Program-made: the position numbers and the translations under genes
Shown: piece by piece, positions 11,613 to 22,391 of the stretch
Position numbering within the stretch: position 1 is the stretch's first letter
Layout of the letters: each line of letters begins with the position of its first letter
Assembly (NCBI GenBank): GCA_973895155.1
Contig: OZ316891.1
Location: forward strand, 23,745,899 to 23,809,898
Source: Marsupella aquatica
Lineage: Eukaryota > Plantae > Marchantiophyta
Length of the DNA stretch: 64,000 nucleotides
Direction: 5' to 3'
Notes under the pieces: model-generated
Databases searched by the model: none
Told to the model about the DNA's origin: nothing
What the model saw: only the letters and a program-made list of their open reading frames with translations

Positions 11613-14606
11613 ATGACTGACCTTACGCCGAGGGAAGAAAGAGTGATTCAACGGGAGAGAGCTCGACTGCAGCAGCTCGCCGGGTGGCATGATACACAGC
11701 GACTGAGAGGGGCAGAAAGAGCTGGTAGCTCCGAAACTGGAAGTGGCGTCGAAGAAGACATACCAGAAGAAGAGTCGGTAAGGAGAAGTGAGTCTCCAAC
11801 CGACATGGGGGAACCAGAGGCACGGCCAGACGAGAGGCCAGGGACCAGATTGAGCCAGTGGTCGCGCATACATTACAAGGCATTTCATGGGAGAGGAGAT
11901 GAGGATCCGGACGAATGGTTGGATGATTTCGAGGGAACCGCTGCAGCAAATGGAGAATCGGCCATCAAGATGCAGATTCTTCCCGGCCTGTTCAAGGGTG
12001 AGGCTAGGCCTTGGTACAGAGCATTAGATGTGGAAGATCAAGCCATCTGGGATATCTTCAAAACACTCTTTGTTAAGGAGTTTCGACCCATTGGAACTTC
12101 AGAACTAGCAGTGCTGAAGTTGGGACAACTTCGGTTCAAGGAGAACAAATCCTTCAGGAAGTTCTTGCAACGCTTTCAGAAACTGGTAAGACGTACAAAG
12201 ACCAATGCATCTGAAGGTATGCAACTTCAATGGTTGGTGAATGCTTTGCCACAGAAGATGAGTTTTGCAATTAGGAAGGAGAACCCGGAGACTTTAGCCG
12301 AAGCAATTAAGGATATTCAATTATACATTAATGCAGATATCACAAGCCGGAAGAAACAGCTTAAGTCTGAGAGTTCCTCATCAGAGGAGGGATCACCCCA
12401 TAAGAAAAAAGATAAGAAGAAGAAACATTCCAAGAAGTCTAGAAGTGATAAGTCAAGCTCGGATAGTGGGAGTAGCAAGAGTGAGTCATCTTCTAGTTCT
12501 GAAGAAGAAAAAACTAGGAAAAGGAAGGGCAGAAGGAGAGGGAAGACGAAAGTCAAGATGGAGGCTAAGCCACCAGATAACATCGTAGCCCTTACCGAGC
12601 AACTTAAGGCTATCATTGCAGAGGTAAAACCAAAGAAGAAGGTAGTACAGGAGGATAGCTCTGTATGGTGTGCCTTATGTTATAAAACCGGACACCATAA
12701 AGATGCGTGTCCTAAGCTTAATACTAATCATGTTCGACATGTGGCCGAGATCAGACCATGTCAGGGAGAAGTAGAGTACTTTTTGGGAGATGCCGCTGAT
12801 AGTGTTTTCGGCATCAGTGAGACTGGAGCACGAGACCTATCCAACAGACCTGCATCTCTGTGGTCAGGATTAAGGAACAATCCAGGAGAGATGTATCCTC
12901 GGATTATTCAGAACCCGTCAGTACCTCCTAGGCCGAATGTGCAAAGATTTGCGGCGTGCTATAATTGTGGTCAACCTGGCCATTTTGCTAGAGAATGCCC
13001 GAATGCACGCAAACAGGGTGATGGACAACCAGCTCAGCTATGTATGGGATGCCGACAGGAAGGTCATATGCTAGGGCAATGTCCTACTTGGTTGGCAGGC
13101 CTGGCCGCAAATCATAAGCTTTTGCCGATCAAGATCTTACCGCCAGGTACTACCCCCGGAGGAGTTCAAATCAACCACATCGAACTAGGATGGCAAGAGG
13201 ATGCCGAGGCAGAGTTTGTACCATCTGATGATGAGGCCGAAGCCCTATCAACCTTCTCAGAGGAGGATTTAGATCATGATTGCTACCGGGTCTCTACTCG
13301 ATCTACCAGAAGGAAGGAAAGGTGGGATGGGCTGGCCAAAAATAAAGGGAAGGTTACGGAGGAAAGGATCGACTCTTCGTCAACATCAACAGAAGGAGAA
13401 GGGAGGGCTCCGGCAATACAGGTAAGCCATGAGCCCACCAGTGAAACCAATCCTTCACAAGATAGCGACTTCAATCGAGATCATCCTAAGTTGTTCTACC
13501 CCTCTGTTACGGCTAGTGTTAAGGAACAACTAAGAGAATTAGAAACCCTGGAGAATACCGAAGCCATTGCCAAGGATGTAAAACGAGCAAAAGCATTGTT
13601 TGCTTCGAAAGACCCAACAGCTGTGGAGACTAGCGTGGCAAAACTGGCCGAATCCAAGACGGAAACACCACCAGAAGAGAAGCCGATTGTTCCCTATGAC
13701 CTGGCTAAAGATGTACTAGAATCTAGAGTCTCGGCAACAGTAGGTCAACTATTGAAAAATAGCCCGTACTTCCGGAAGCAATTAAGGAAGGCTATTCCCG
13801 GCAAGCCGAGATTACCCAAGGTAGCAACCAGATCCGACGTACTAATGATAGAAGAAGATCAAGGAGCCCCAGCATTACCATTAATGATTCAAGGAGAATT
13901 ATTAGTACGGGTACCCATCGATGGAGGATCAGGGGTATGTATTATGATTGATTCAACAGCAAAAGGGTGGGGTCTAACACCGGAAATGACTGGAAGAGTG
14001 TTGAACATGGCCAATGGATATCAGGTCATTCCGACGGGAGTGTTAACCGGCATCAAGACAGAGATAGGAGGTATCTTCTTTAGCATTAACTATGTAGTAA
14101 TGAAGCCGGTAAATCCTACGTCATTTCGGCTATTGATTGGTAGGCCATGGCTGTACCTAGCCGTGGTAATAGAAGATTGGGGTAAAAAGCAGTTCACTTT
14201 CGGGACCCCCTCTATCACGGTATCCTGGGACACTAAGGATGACCGTAGGAAAAGCATAAGGGAAGTAGATGGGTACGATAGTGGACTGGAGTCAGCCGAT
14301 GAAGTACGTTGGTTAGAATGCCTCACTAACCTAACCGAAGAAGGTGTCTTTGGACCAGAGGTACCCCCCAGCGGATTATGGCAAGAACCAATGGAAGGTG
14401 ACTTGGAAGAAGAAGACGAAGAGGTCGAGGACTACTTTACAATAGAATCCACCTTTTTAGCTGCAATCCCGGAGGAAGTAAAGGATGTATACCAATTGGA
14501 TGAAACGGCTAAGTGGGGAGCAGTAGCAGGGACAGTGGATTTTCTGCAGGCGTTGTGGCAGAGCCGACGGGGTCCACAACGCCATCGATCATCGGCAAGG
14601 AATTAA
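11613..14606 (+). CDS. gag: Gag-protease polyprotein (997 aa)
   Basis: Retrotransposon gag region (EDPDEWL...WY...W..F...F), three CCHC knuckles (CALCYKTGHHKDAC, CYNCGQPGHFAREC, CMGCRQEGHMLGQC) and an aspartic protease (IDGGSG...LLIGRPWL). Confidence 0.93.
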   Translation: MTDLTPREERVIQRERARLQQLAGWHDTQRLRGAERAGSSETGSGVEEDIPEEESVRRSESPTDMGEPEARPDERPGTRLSQWSRIHYKAFHGRGDEDPDEWLDDFEGTAAANGESAIKMQILPGLFKGEARPWYRALDVEDQAIWDIFKTLFVKEFRPIGTSELAVLKLGQLRFKENKSFRKFLQRFQKLVRRTKTNASEGMQLQWLVNALPQKMSFAIRKENPETLAEAIKDIQLYINADITSRKKQLKSESSSSEEGSPHKKKDKKKKHSKKSRSDKSSSDSGSSKSESSSSSEEEKTRKRKGRRRGKTKVKMEAKPPDNIVALTEQLKAIIAEVKPKKKVVQEDSSVWCALCYKTGHHKDACPKLNTNHVRHVAEIRPCQGEVEYFLGDAADSVFGISETGARDLSNRPASLWSGLRNNPGEMYPRIIQNPSVPPRPNVQRFAACYNCGQPGHFARECPNARKQGDGQPAQLCMGCRQEGHMLGQCPTWLAGLAANHKLLPIKILPPGTTPGGVQINHIELGWQEDAEAEFVPSDDEAEALSTFSEEDLDHDCYRVSTRSTRRKERWDGLAKNKGKVTEERIDSSSTSTEGEGRAPAIQVSHEPTSETNPSQDSDFNRDHPKLFYPSVTASVKEQLRELETLENTEAIAKDVKRAKALFASKDPTAVETSVAKLAESKTETPPEEKPIVPYDLAKDVLESRVSATVGQLLKNSPYFRKQLRKAIPGKPRLPKVATRSDVLMIEEDQGAPALPLMIQGELLVRVPIDGGSGVCIMIDSTAKGWGLTPEMTGRVLNMANGYQVIPTGVLTGIKTEIGGIFFSINYVVMKPVNPTSFRLLIGRPWLYLAVVIEDWGKKQFTFGTPSITVSWDTKDDRRKSIREVDGYDSGLESADEVRWLECLTNLTEEGVFGPEVPPSGLWQEPMEGDLEEEDEEVEDYFTIESTFLAAIPEEVKDVYQLDETAKWGAVAGTVDFLQALWQSRRGPQRHRSSARN
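14537..14596 (+). promoter_or_regulatory. putative -1 ribosomal frameshift signal (G GAT TTT plus stem-loop/pseudoknot)
   Basis: Heptamer in the gag frame, 5-nt spacer, 10-bp stem 14549-14558/14574-14583. Conserved in copy B. Confidence 0.7.
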
Positions 14607-17600
14607 ATACCAAGGGATCGGCATACAAGCCGATTACGAGGGCAGAACAAATTGAGGCCCTATTAGAAGCCGAGAGAGCACAGCGGCCTAACTCTCAGGA
14701 GCAAGAAGTGGATGAGATGGACAGACACGATCCAGAGCCAAGGCAGGAAGGGGAGCCGACCACTAATTCAAAACCGAATAGACCGGTAAGGGGACAATCT
14801 ATGGACACCAAGGAAGGGACCGACTCGGCTAGTCCAGCCGAGATCCCAGTTTATGGAGGTATGAGATTAGAGAGACTGGAAGCCGAACTGGACCCGAATT
14901 TGAAGAAGCAGATTAATATGATCCAAGCACGGCAATATCGGAAGCTCGACTTAGGAGAGGGAAGAGAACTGAACTTAGGGAGAAACCTAGCACCTGAGCT
15001 CGAGAAAGAGATCAATGACTTATTGATTGAATTTCAGGATGTGTTTGCATGGAGTCACCAAGATCTAAAGGGAGTAGATCCAACACTAGGGGAACATCGA
15101 ATTGATCTCATGTTAGGAGCCAAATCATTTCGACAACCAATTCGAAGGATGAACCCGAAGTATTCCCTGCTGGTCAAAACAGAAATCGACAAACTAGTGG
15201 AAGCTGGATTCATCACTCCAGTCCTGCATTCAGACTGGGTGTCTCCAATTGTGATAGTTCCCAAGAAAGCTGGACCCGATGGTAAACCCAAGATCCGGGT
15301 TTGTCAGGATTACAGGAAGCTGAATGAAGCAACATTAAAAGACCATTTTCCTTTACCGTTTACTGATATGGTACTAGACATGGTAGCCAGTCATGAACTA
15401 TATTCATTCATGGATGGATACTCTGGTTATAACCAAATCAGGATTCAGCAGGAAGACCAAATCAAGACGGCCTTCATCACGGAATGGGGGATCTATGTCT
15501 TCAATCGTATGCCGTTTGGACTCTGCAACGCACCAGCTATGTTCCAACGATTAATGGGGAACATTTTTCATGATTACTTGAGAAAGTTCATGGAAATCTT
15601 CATTGATGACTTTGCAGTATTCGGGAAGGCATCGAAACATGCTAAATACCTCAGGAAAACCTTCATGAGATGTAGAGAGGTGGGTCTCAAGTTACACCCA
15701 GATAAATGTTTTTTTGCAGTAACCGAGGGGGTGCTACTAGGTCACAAGGTATCAAGGAAGGGCATTGAGATTGACAAAGGTAAGCTAGCAGTATGGCTAG
15801 ATATCATGCAACCTAAGAACATAAAGGATGTAAGATCCTTCTTGGGATGCATTGGTTACTATCGCCGGTTCATCAAGGATTTTGCCAAGCTGGCTTTACC
15901 ATTAACCAATATGCTCAAGGCAGGAGCAGACTTCGAACCCACACCCGAACGAGTCACAGCGGTGGTAGAATTGAAGCAGATGTTAGTAGAGGCCCCAGTC
16001 ATGATAGCACCGGACTGGAACAAAGATTTTCATGTTTTTGTAGATGTCTCGGGTTTCTGTATTGGCTCAGTACTAAGTCAGTTGGATGAGAAAGGAAGGG
16101 ACCATCCCATATACTTCGCAAGCCGTCAGCTTGCCGATGCCGAACGGAACTACTCTACCACGGAAAGAGAAGCATTAGGAGTCATTTATTCTTGTAAAAA
16201 GTTTAGGCATTATTTACTAGGGTACAAGGTAATCTTTCATACTGATCATGAAAGTTTGAAGTACCTAGTCAATAAGCCGGACCTTACAGGCAGAGTAGCA
16301 AGATGGATTTTGCTATTACAGGAGTTTGACTATGAGCTGAGGATCAAGCCGGGAAAGTTACATGCCAATGCCAACTTCTTTTCAAGGATCACAGGTAAAC
16401 CTGCCACGGATTGCATCGATGATCGATTCCCCGACGAGGAGCTATTCGTTGTGGAAATAGCTGGTACATGGTACCCTGAGATTTTACAATTTCTCAGCAC
16501 TTCCAGATTACAGCCAGGATTAAGCCGAGAGCAAGCCGCAGTCTTTGTGCGGAAGGTCAGACAGTATCAGTGCATTAAAGGCATACTGCACAAGCATGGA
16601 ATCAACGGCACGATTCAAAGATGTTTGGAAAAGAGAGAGGTAAAATGAGTCCTACGGGCCATGCATGGAGAGGAGGCCGGAGGACATTTTGCCCCAGTAA
16701 CCACGTCTAAGAAGATATTAAATGCCGGTTACTGGTGGCCCACCTTGCACAAAGATGTCTATCAGTTTATCAAACAATGCGATCCTTGTCAACGAGCGGG
16801 AGGACCAAGGGCGTCCACCAGGCATCCACTGCACCCTATTCTACCTCTGGCACCATTCGAGAAGTGGGGTATTGATTACATTGGACCTCTGAAACCACTG
16901 ACCCACCCTCGACGGAACAAGTACATAATCCTGGCTACGGATTATGCAACTAAATGGGTAGAGGCCAGACCAACAACGAAGGATGATGCAATTACTACGG
17001 CTAGATTCATGTATGAGCAGATCTTCACCAGGTATGGAGCACCCCTAGAATTAGTTAGTGATAGAGGAACCCATTTTTTGAATGATATAATTAGTCGTTT
17101 AAATGAGCAGTATTTAGTTAAACATAGGCCTACTACTCCCTACCATCCAAAGGCAAACGGGTTGACAGAACGAGCAAACGCAATCATAGGAAAGATATTG
17201 AACAAGACAGTAGCTCAGAACAAACTCGATTGGGATGATAAATTGTTTGCTGCTGTTTTTGCTTACAATCTTGCCTATAAATCCACTACCGGTCATACAC
17301 CCTTCTTAACCTTTGGACAAGAAGCCCTGGTACCCATGCAACTTGAGATACCGACATTTCAAGTTACAATTGAGGAAAGAGCCTCAGCGGAGGAGAGCCT
17401 AAAGGAGCGAGAATATAGGTTAGAAGCTTTAGAGGAAGCGAGAATGATTTCAGCCGAGAGAGTAGAATATAGACAGAATATCATGAAGCAGCAGTATGAT
17501 AAAAGGTTAAAAGTAGTTAGTATTCATATCGGTGATCTTGTGCTACTTTATGACAGTAGGTATAGTAGGTTTCCAGGAAAGCTTTACACTCGCTGGTTAG

Positions 17601-17751
17601 GACCCTTTAGAGTAACCATGATGTTCCCCAATGGCTCCGTACAATTGGCCAACATTACGGGAGAGGTATATCCAGTTCGCATCCATTATGACCGCCTCAA
17701 GAAATACTATATGGACGAAGATGAAGTTGTTCGCGAGGACGCTTCACAATT

Positions 17752-17761
17752 AAGTGGGGAG
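17752..17761 (+). promoter_or_regulatory. polypurine tract of copy C
   Basis: AAGTGGGGAG, 3 nt before the TG of the 3' LTR and inside the IN coding sequence. Confidence 0.75.
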
Positions 17762-17764
17762 CTA

Positions 17765-20700
17765 TGTGATGCCTAGACAGGAATCACTCGGCCGGTTAAG
17801 TGGGTAAAGCAGGAAGGCACCCTAGGAACACCTTAGTATAGGGACAAAACAAGGAAAATATAAACAATTAGGGGCAACCATGGAACCCGGGCAGAGGCCG
17901 GAGGTAAGGCTGAGGGTGAAAACCCGATTAGGGTTAGGGCGCGTTAAGCGTCGGCGGCTAGGAAGGATCAACGGGAAGAAGGACCGGCAGAGGAGAGGGG
18001 TAAGGAGCGCTTGCAGGAGATGGTGGCTCATTTGCGAGCACGAACTAGGCAGACGACTACGGGAGGCCAACTACTGTCAGCTGCTTAGGCAAGCACTCGG
18101 GGAGAGAATAGATACCGACAATCGACCTAAGGAGGGTATGAGCAATGTCAATCAAGCGGCACATTTCTGGGGATGCCTGTTCGAACGGGCAACTGAGTAC
18201 ATCAAGACTTACGAGGACGAGGAGTCAGAAAGGGCAGCTCGAGAACGGCAGGAGCTCGCTCGATTGTGGGAGCTGCAAAAGACGGCTTTCTTAGGAGGCG
18301 AACTCATCAAGGACGAGTTCCTGTGGACGCCTACTTCCAATCAACTCGACGATCTTCTGTTTTGCAAAGACAGCGTCGTCGGCATCCGAGAGGCCATCAA
18401 GAACTGCAATGACATACACTGGGAATTAAAGGGTAGCACGGAAAGATGGACCCAGGCAACGGTGCTAGGAGAAACCTCCACGGCAGCAGAGATGAAGAGG
18501 AAGGGGGCCGTCAACGATGAAGCCACCCCGGCAAAAAGAACGAGGTCGGCGGCACCAAAGAGGCCAGCCGAGCAGCAGAGCAGGAGGCAGGGAGAAGCCA
18601 AAGAGGAGGAGGTCGATCCCATCAAGGCCATTCCAACCAGGGATGACACCTGGAAGGGCTGGGCGGCAACCCTACCGGTGGAGGTGCAACTACATTTTGC
18701 ACGGGAGGAGGATGCATGCTTTACGGCCATGCAGACCAAGAAGTACCAAGGCTTCATGGCCGGATCCGGCTTAGAGGCCTTTGTAAGATTACCATGGCTG
18801 AAGCCGGAGGTACCAGAGTCAGACCTATTAGAATTCGTGGGGTCATGGGAACCCGAGACCAATTGCACGAGGATATATGGGAAGGATTTCTATCTTACTC
18901 CCAAGGTAATTGCCGAAGTGTTTGGCTTGCCGATAGGCAATAAGACCAAAGTTGATACCAGGAAGACCTTGCCTGACAAGGAGTTCCGGTCGTTCCCCGG
19001 GCCATCAACGAAGAATGGCTTCTTCCGGAACACCTGCACCAACCCGCACATAGGAGAGATGATCGACTTCTTGCGGGTGACCATGCATTGTAACTTGCCG
19101 AGGGCAGAGATCGGCAAGGCACAGGTCTATCTGGCAGAAAGGCCAGACCCAAGCCGGGACTACAACGGGTACCTCCTCAACCAATTGAAGAAGATCTTAA
19201 AGGAGGAGCAGCAGGTAATCAGCATGGGGAGCGTGTCGCGGCTTGGCTATCACATGCCGCTGTTGTGCCGGTATGCCAGAGGTCAGACTTTTGCCCCGGT
19301 ACTTCCCCTGCAGGTAAGGGCACCCGAGGAAGCTCCAACGCCGAGGCCGTTGGCTGAGAAGCCTCAACCACCTGTTAGTCCTACGATCGAGCAGGTGTTT
19401 AGGCCCAGGAAGGAAGACTTGCCGATGCAGCAACCAGGCATGCAGAGTCTGCTGAAACTACTGGAGAAAGAAAAGAAATCAACATCGGCAACAACAACGG
19501 CAACGGCAACAATGCAGGACACTACTACAGAGGTAGGCCTACACCGGCTCACAAGAGAAAACCCCTTTGCTGGAGACAAGGAGAGAATCAGGCCGGAATC
19601 CAAGCCAGGTGTTCGAATGTACGTGGGAACCTCAAGCTCCGAATCTGAGGCAGAATTGCCTGAAGCTCCTACCGACGAAGAGGAGAGGGAGAAGCCGGAC
19701 GTCCAAGAGGTAGAGGAGGCAGTGGAGGACTGCAGCCATGATAATTCCGGCTATGGGTCGGACCATCACGTTCCAGGAGTAAGGACCTGTGGCCGGTTTG
19801 TCCCCACACTTCCAAGGGTAGTGCGAGGGGACCCCAACCAGCAGAGTAGCCCTGAGTCTCCCCCACCAGATGTTGCTCCCCCGAGCTTCGACGGCATAAA
19901 ATAGACGGTGCAGGAATTTCAGGAGCGAATCAAGCAGGAGGAGGAGGCCGCCCTGGCTAAGGAAAAGGATTTACCAGGAGGAGATTGGCCGGAGGACATC
20001 AGGCGGCTAGCCGAAAAAGGAAGCAAACCTCTAGCCACGATTGAAGAGATCCGCAGGACGGCTTGGGAGCAGAGGCCACGATGGGCGATGCCGATCACTT
20101 CTACTTACTCCACCTACGCTAAGAATAGAGCCATGGAGTATGGTGAGATGTGTGGGGAACTTGTGCTCGGCATCTTTGGAGAGGAGTTGGAGGTAGGACC
20201 CTTTTTCCATAGGGAGCAGTTGGAGAAGCACCAATTAGAAGAAGCGGTGGCTTTAGAGAGAAGCAAGAAGGACGAGGTCATTCGGCGGCTTAGGAGGATG
20301 GAAGCCGAGATTGAAGATCTAAGGGCGGCCAAGAAAGCCCAAGATGAACTGCGGATTAAACGACATGAGCTGAACATCATGTAGGGGCAGTTGGACACCG
20401 CGCAGGCTGATAATCAGAATATCAAGGATAAACTGACTCAGACGCAGGAAGAGTTGGCCGACACGATCAAAGAGAGGGAGAAGTGGAAGCAAGAGCTGAA
20501 GAATACAGAGGAGGCCCACATAACAGCCAACAGCCGGGCCATGGCGGAGACCCAAAGAAAGGAATGGGCGTTGAAAGGGGAGCTCGAGAAAATCCGCGGA
20601 GCCCTTGAGTAGAAGGAGGTCGAGTTAGGGAAATCCTATCAAGGGATTATGGCGCTGCAGCAGGAGCTTGCGTCCCTGACGGCCAGCTTCAAGGCCGACC

Positions 20701-22391
20701 TAAGGGAGAAGGACGAGATGCTCGAACAGACTTACGCCAAGATGAACCAGATGGAGTCTGTCATCATTGCAGAGCTCGACAAGGAGCTAAGAGCAACCCA
20801 GGAGGAGAGGGCTACCTTGAAGAAGGAATTGGAGGAAGCCCACAGGGAGCAGGAGGAGGCCAAAAACGAGCTGGAGGGGGCACGTAAGGACCTGGATGAA
20901 ACCCAAGAGGAGTTGGAGGAAATCACGAGGAAGATGGAGAACCTACAGCGGCGGGCCGACAACCAAACAGAGCGGCTGAAGAAACAAGCCGCAGTATTTA
21001 AATGCTTAGCTGCAGCAGGTCCATCTCCCGTTGGGACAAACCAGTTACCAGGGGTGGTAATTGCCGAAGGACAAGCCGCGCCACCTGCACCAGTGCCGGA
21101 AGTAAGTGGGAAGGGGAAGGGACCAGCTGCCGAGCCACCAACGAAGAAGAAGCGGAAACCTTCAGGGTCAAGGAGTAATACGACTTCACAGGCCATGGTG
21201 ATCAAGGAGATAGACCCAGCACCGACCCCAGACAGGGTCACGGCTAGGGATCCAACTACCCTAGGGGAAGGGGAGGCCGAAGCCGAGGGAGTGGCTGAGG
21301 CCGAAGCCGTGGGTATTGCCGAGGCCGGTGTCGAGGCTGAAGCCGAAGGTGGACCCAGTCAGGCCGATGGAGAGTTGACTCAGTCAAGGGCAGGTAATCT
21401 GTCAGAGAATGAACCTACGGCAGTGGCTGAGGAGGAAGCGTTGGGGGCGTCCATTAAGGATCCACCACCGGTGTCGTGACGGTGCAAGGGCGCCGTTCCT
21501 TTTAGGGAGGGCGGACGTGGAGGGAGGAGGCGTGAGTGGGCAGGGCGGGCACGGATCTCCACGTTTAGGATTAGGATCAGAACCAGGAGCGGCCCTGACA
21601 CTTAGCTTAGTGGGATTGCGGTCCCACTGGTAGGAGCAACACTTGTGCTCCTGCCTTGCTGTACATAGGTAGATTCGGGCAAGTAGATTACTGTTAAGTA
21701 GATTAGGCTTACGATGCAAAGAATGGCGGATCCACTACCAGGATAAGTACCTGGGCAGCGGGGAGCTCAGGGCCTCTTCTTTAGCAAGTTTTTAGTTTGC
21801 ACCAGCCGGGCTGGGATTAAGTAGTACGAGAAGCTCTCGGTTAGTCATACAGTGACCCTTGTGTATATTCATGTTTCCTCATGCCTAAGAGCTAAATAGA
21901 GTTGGCCTCACGGCTTAGTTCGCAGAACTTGTGTATGAGATGTACTGTTTGTATGGCAAGTGCATGGTATGACTCAGTCAGAATGAGTCATTTTGCTATT
22001 TGTGTGTCGCATTAACTTGTGTGAAGAGTGCCCACATCAACAGAAGGAAGGAAAGTAAGCAGGGGAGTGAGAGTTGGATGTGTCGAGCTGAGAGAGGTCT
22101 TAGCGGCTTAACCAAGCCTATTGGGGATCATTCCGGCGGCGGAATCCAAACATACCTAACAAGAAGACAGGGGAAGACAGGGGAAGGCCTATATTAGGCC
22201 GGCTACGTATCTCATGACCCGATGAAGGATCTGTCCAGTATATGTGTGTAAAATGTTAATAGTAGTAGTAGAAGGTTAGCAGCGTCCCATGCCGCTAAGC
22301 CGCGGAAACGGCCTCGCCAAGCACGAAACCTGCGGGAATCGGCTTGAGCTGGGGGGTTTCTTGGGTTTAGGAAGCCATGGGACGCACCACA
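17765..22391 (+). repeat. 3' LTR of copy C (4627 bp)
   Basis: Direct repeat of 6908..11543 with scattered substitutions and a 9-bp indel in the GAAGACAGGG repeat. Confidence 0.96.
17880..21479 (+). pseudogene. LTR-encoded protein, 3' LTR copy of C; stops at 19902, 20382 and 20610
   Basis: Same frame throughout; near-identical to 7023..10622. Confidence 0.85.

Larger units (their letters stand above)
14513..17776 (+). pseudogene. pol: Pol: RT-RNase H-integrase in the -1 frame relative to gag; one CGA>TGA stop at 16646
   Basis: RT motifs DYRKLN..KDHFPLP, MDGYSGYNQI, MPFGLCNAP, FIDDF; RNase H DVS..NYSTTERE; IN HHCC, WGIDYIGP, SDRGTHF, GLTER and a GPF motif. No chromodomain. Confidence 0.95.
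6908..22391 (+). mobile_element. full-length Ty3/gypsy (Athila-like, non-chromovirus) LTR retrotransposon copy C, 15.5 kb
   Basis: Near-identical LTRs 6908..11543 and 17765..22391, TG...CA ends, TSD CTTCT (6903-6907 / 22392-22396), PBS, PPT, domain order gag-PR-RT-RH-IN. Confidence 0.97.

Noticed and set aside
7023-21479. Tandem gene duplication or assembly artefact explaining two near-identical 674-aa ORFs
   Set aside because: They lie in the paired LTRs of one element with TSD, PBS and PPT, and differ by private mutations.
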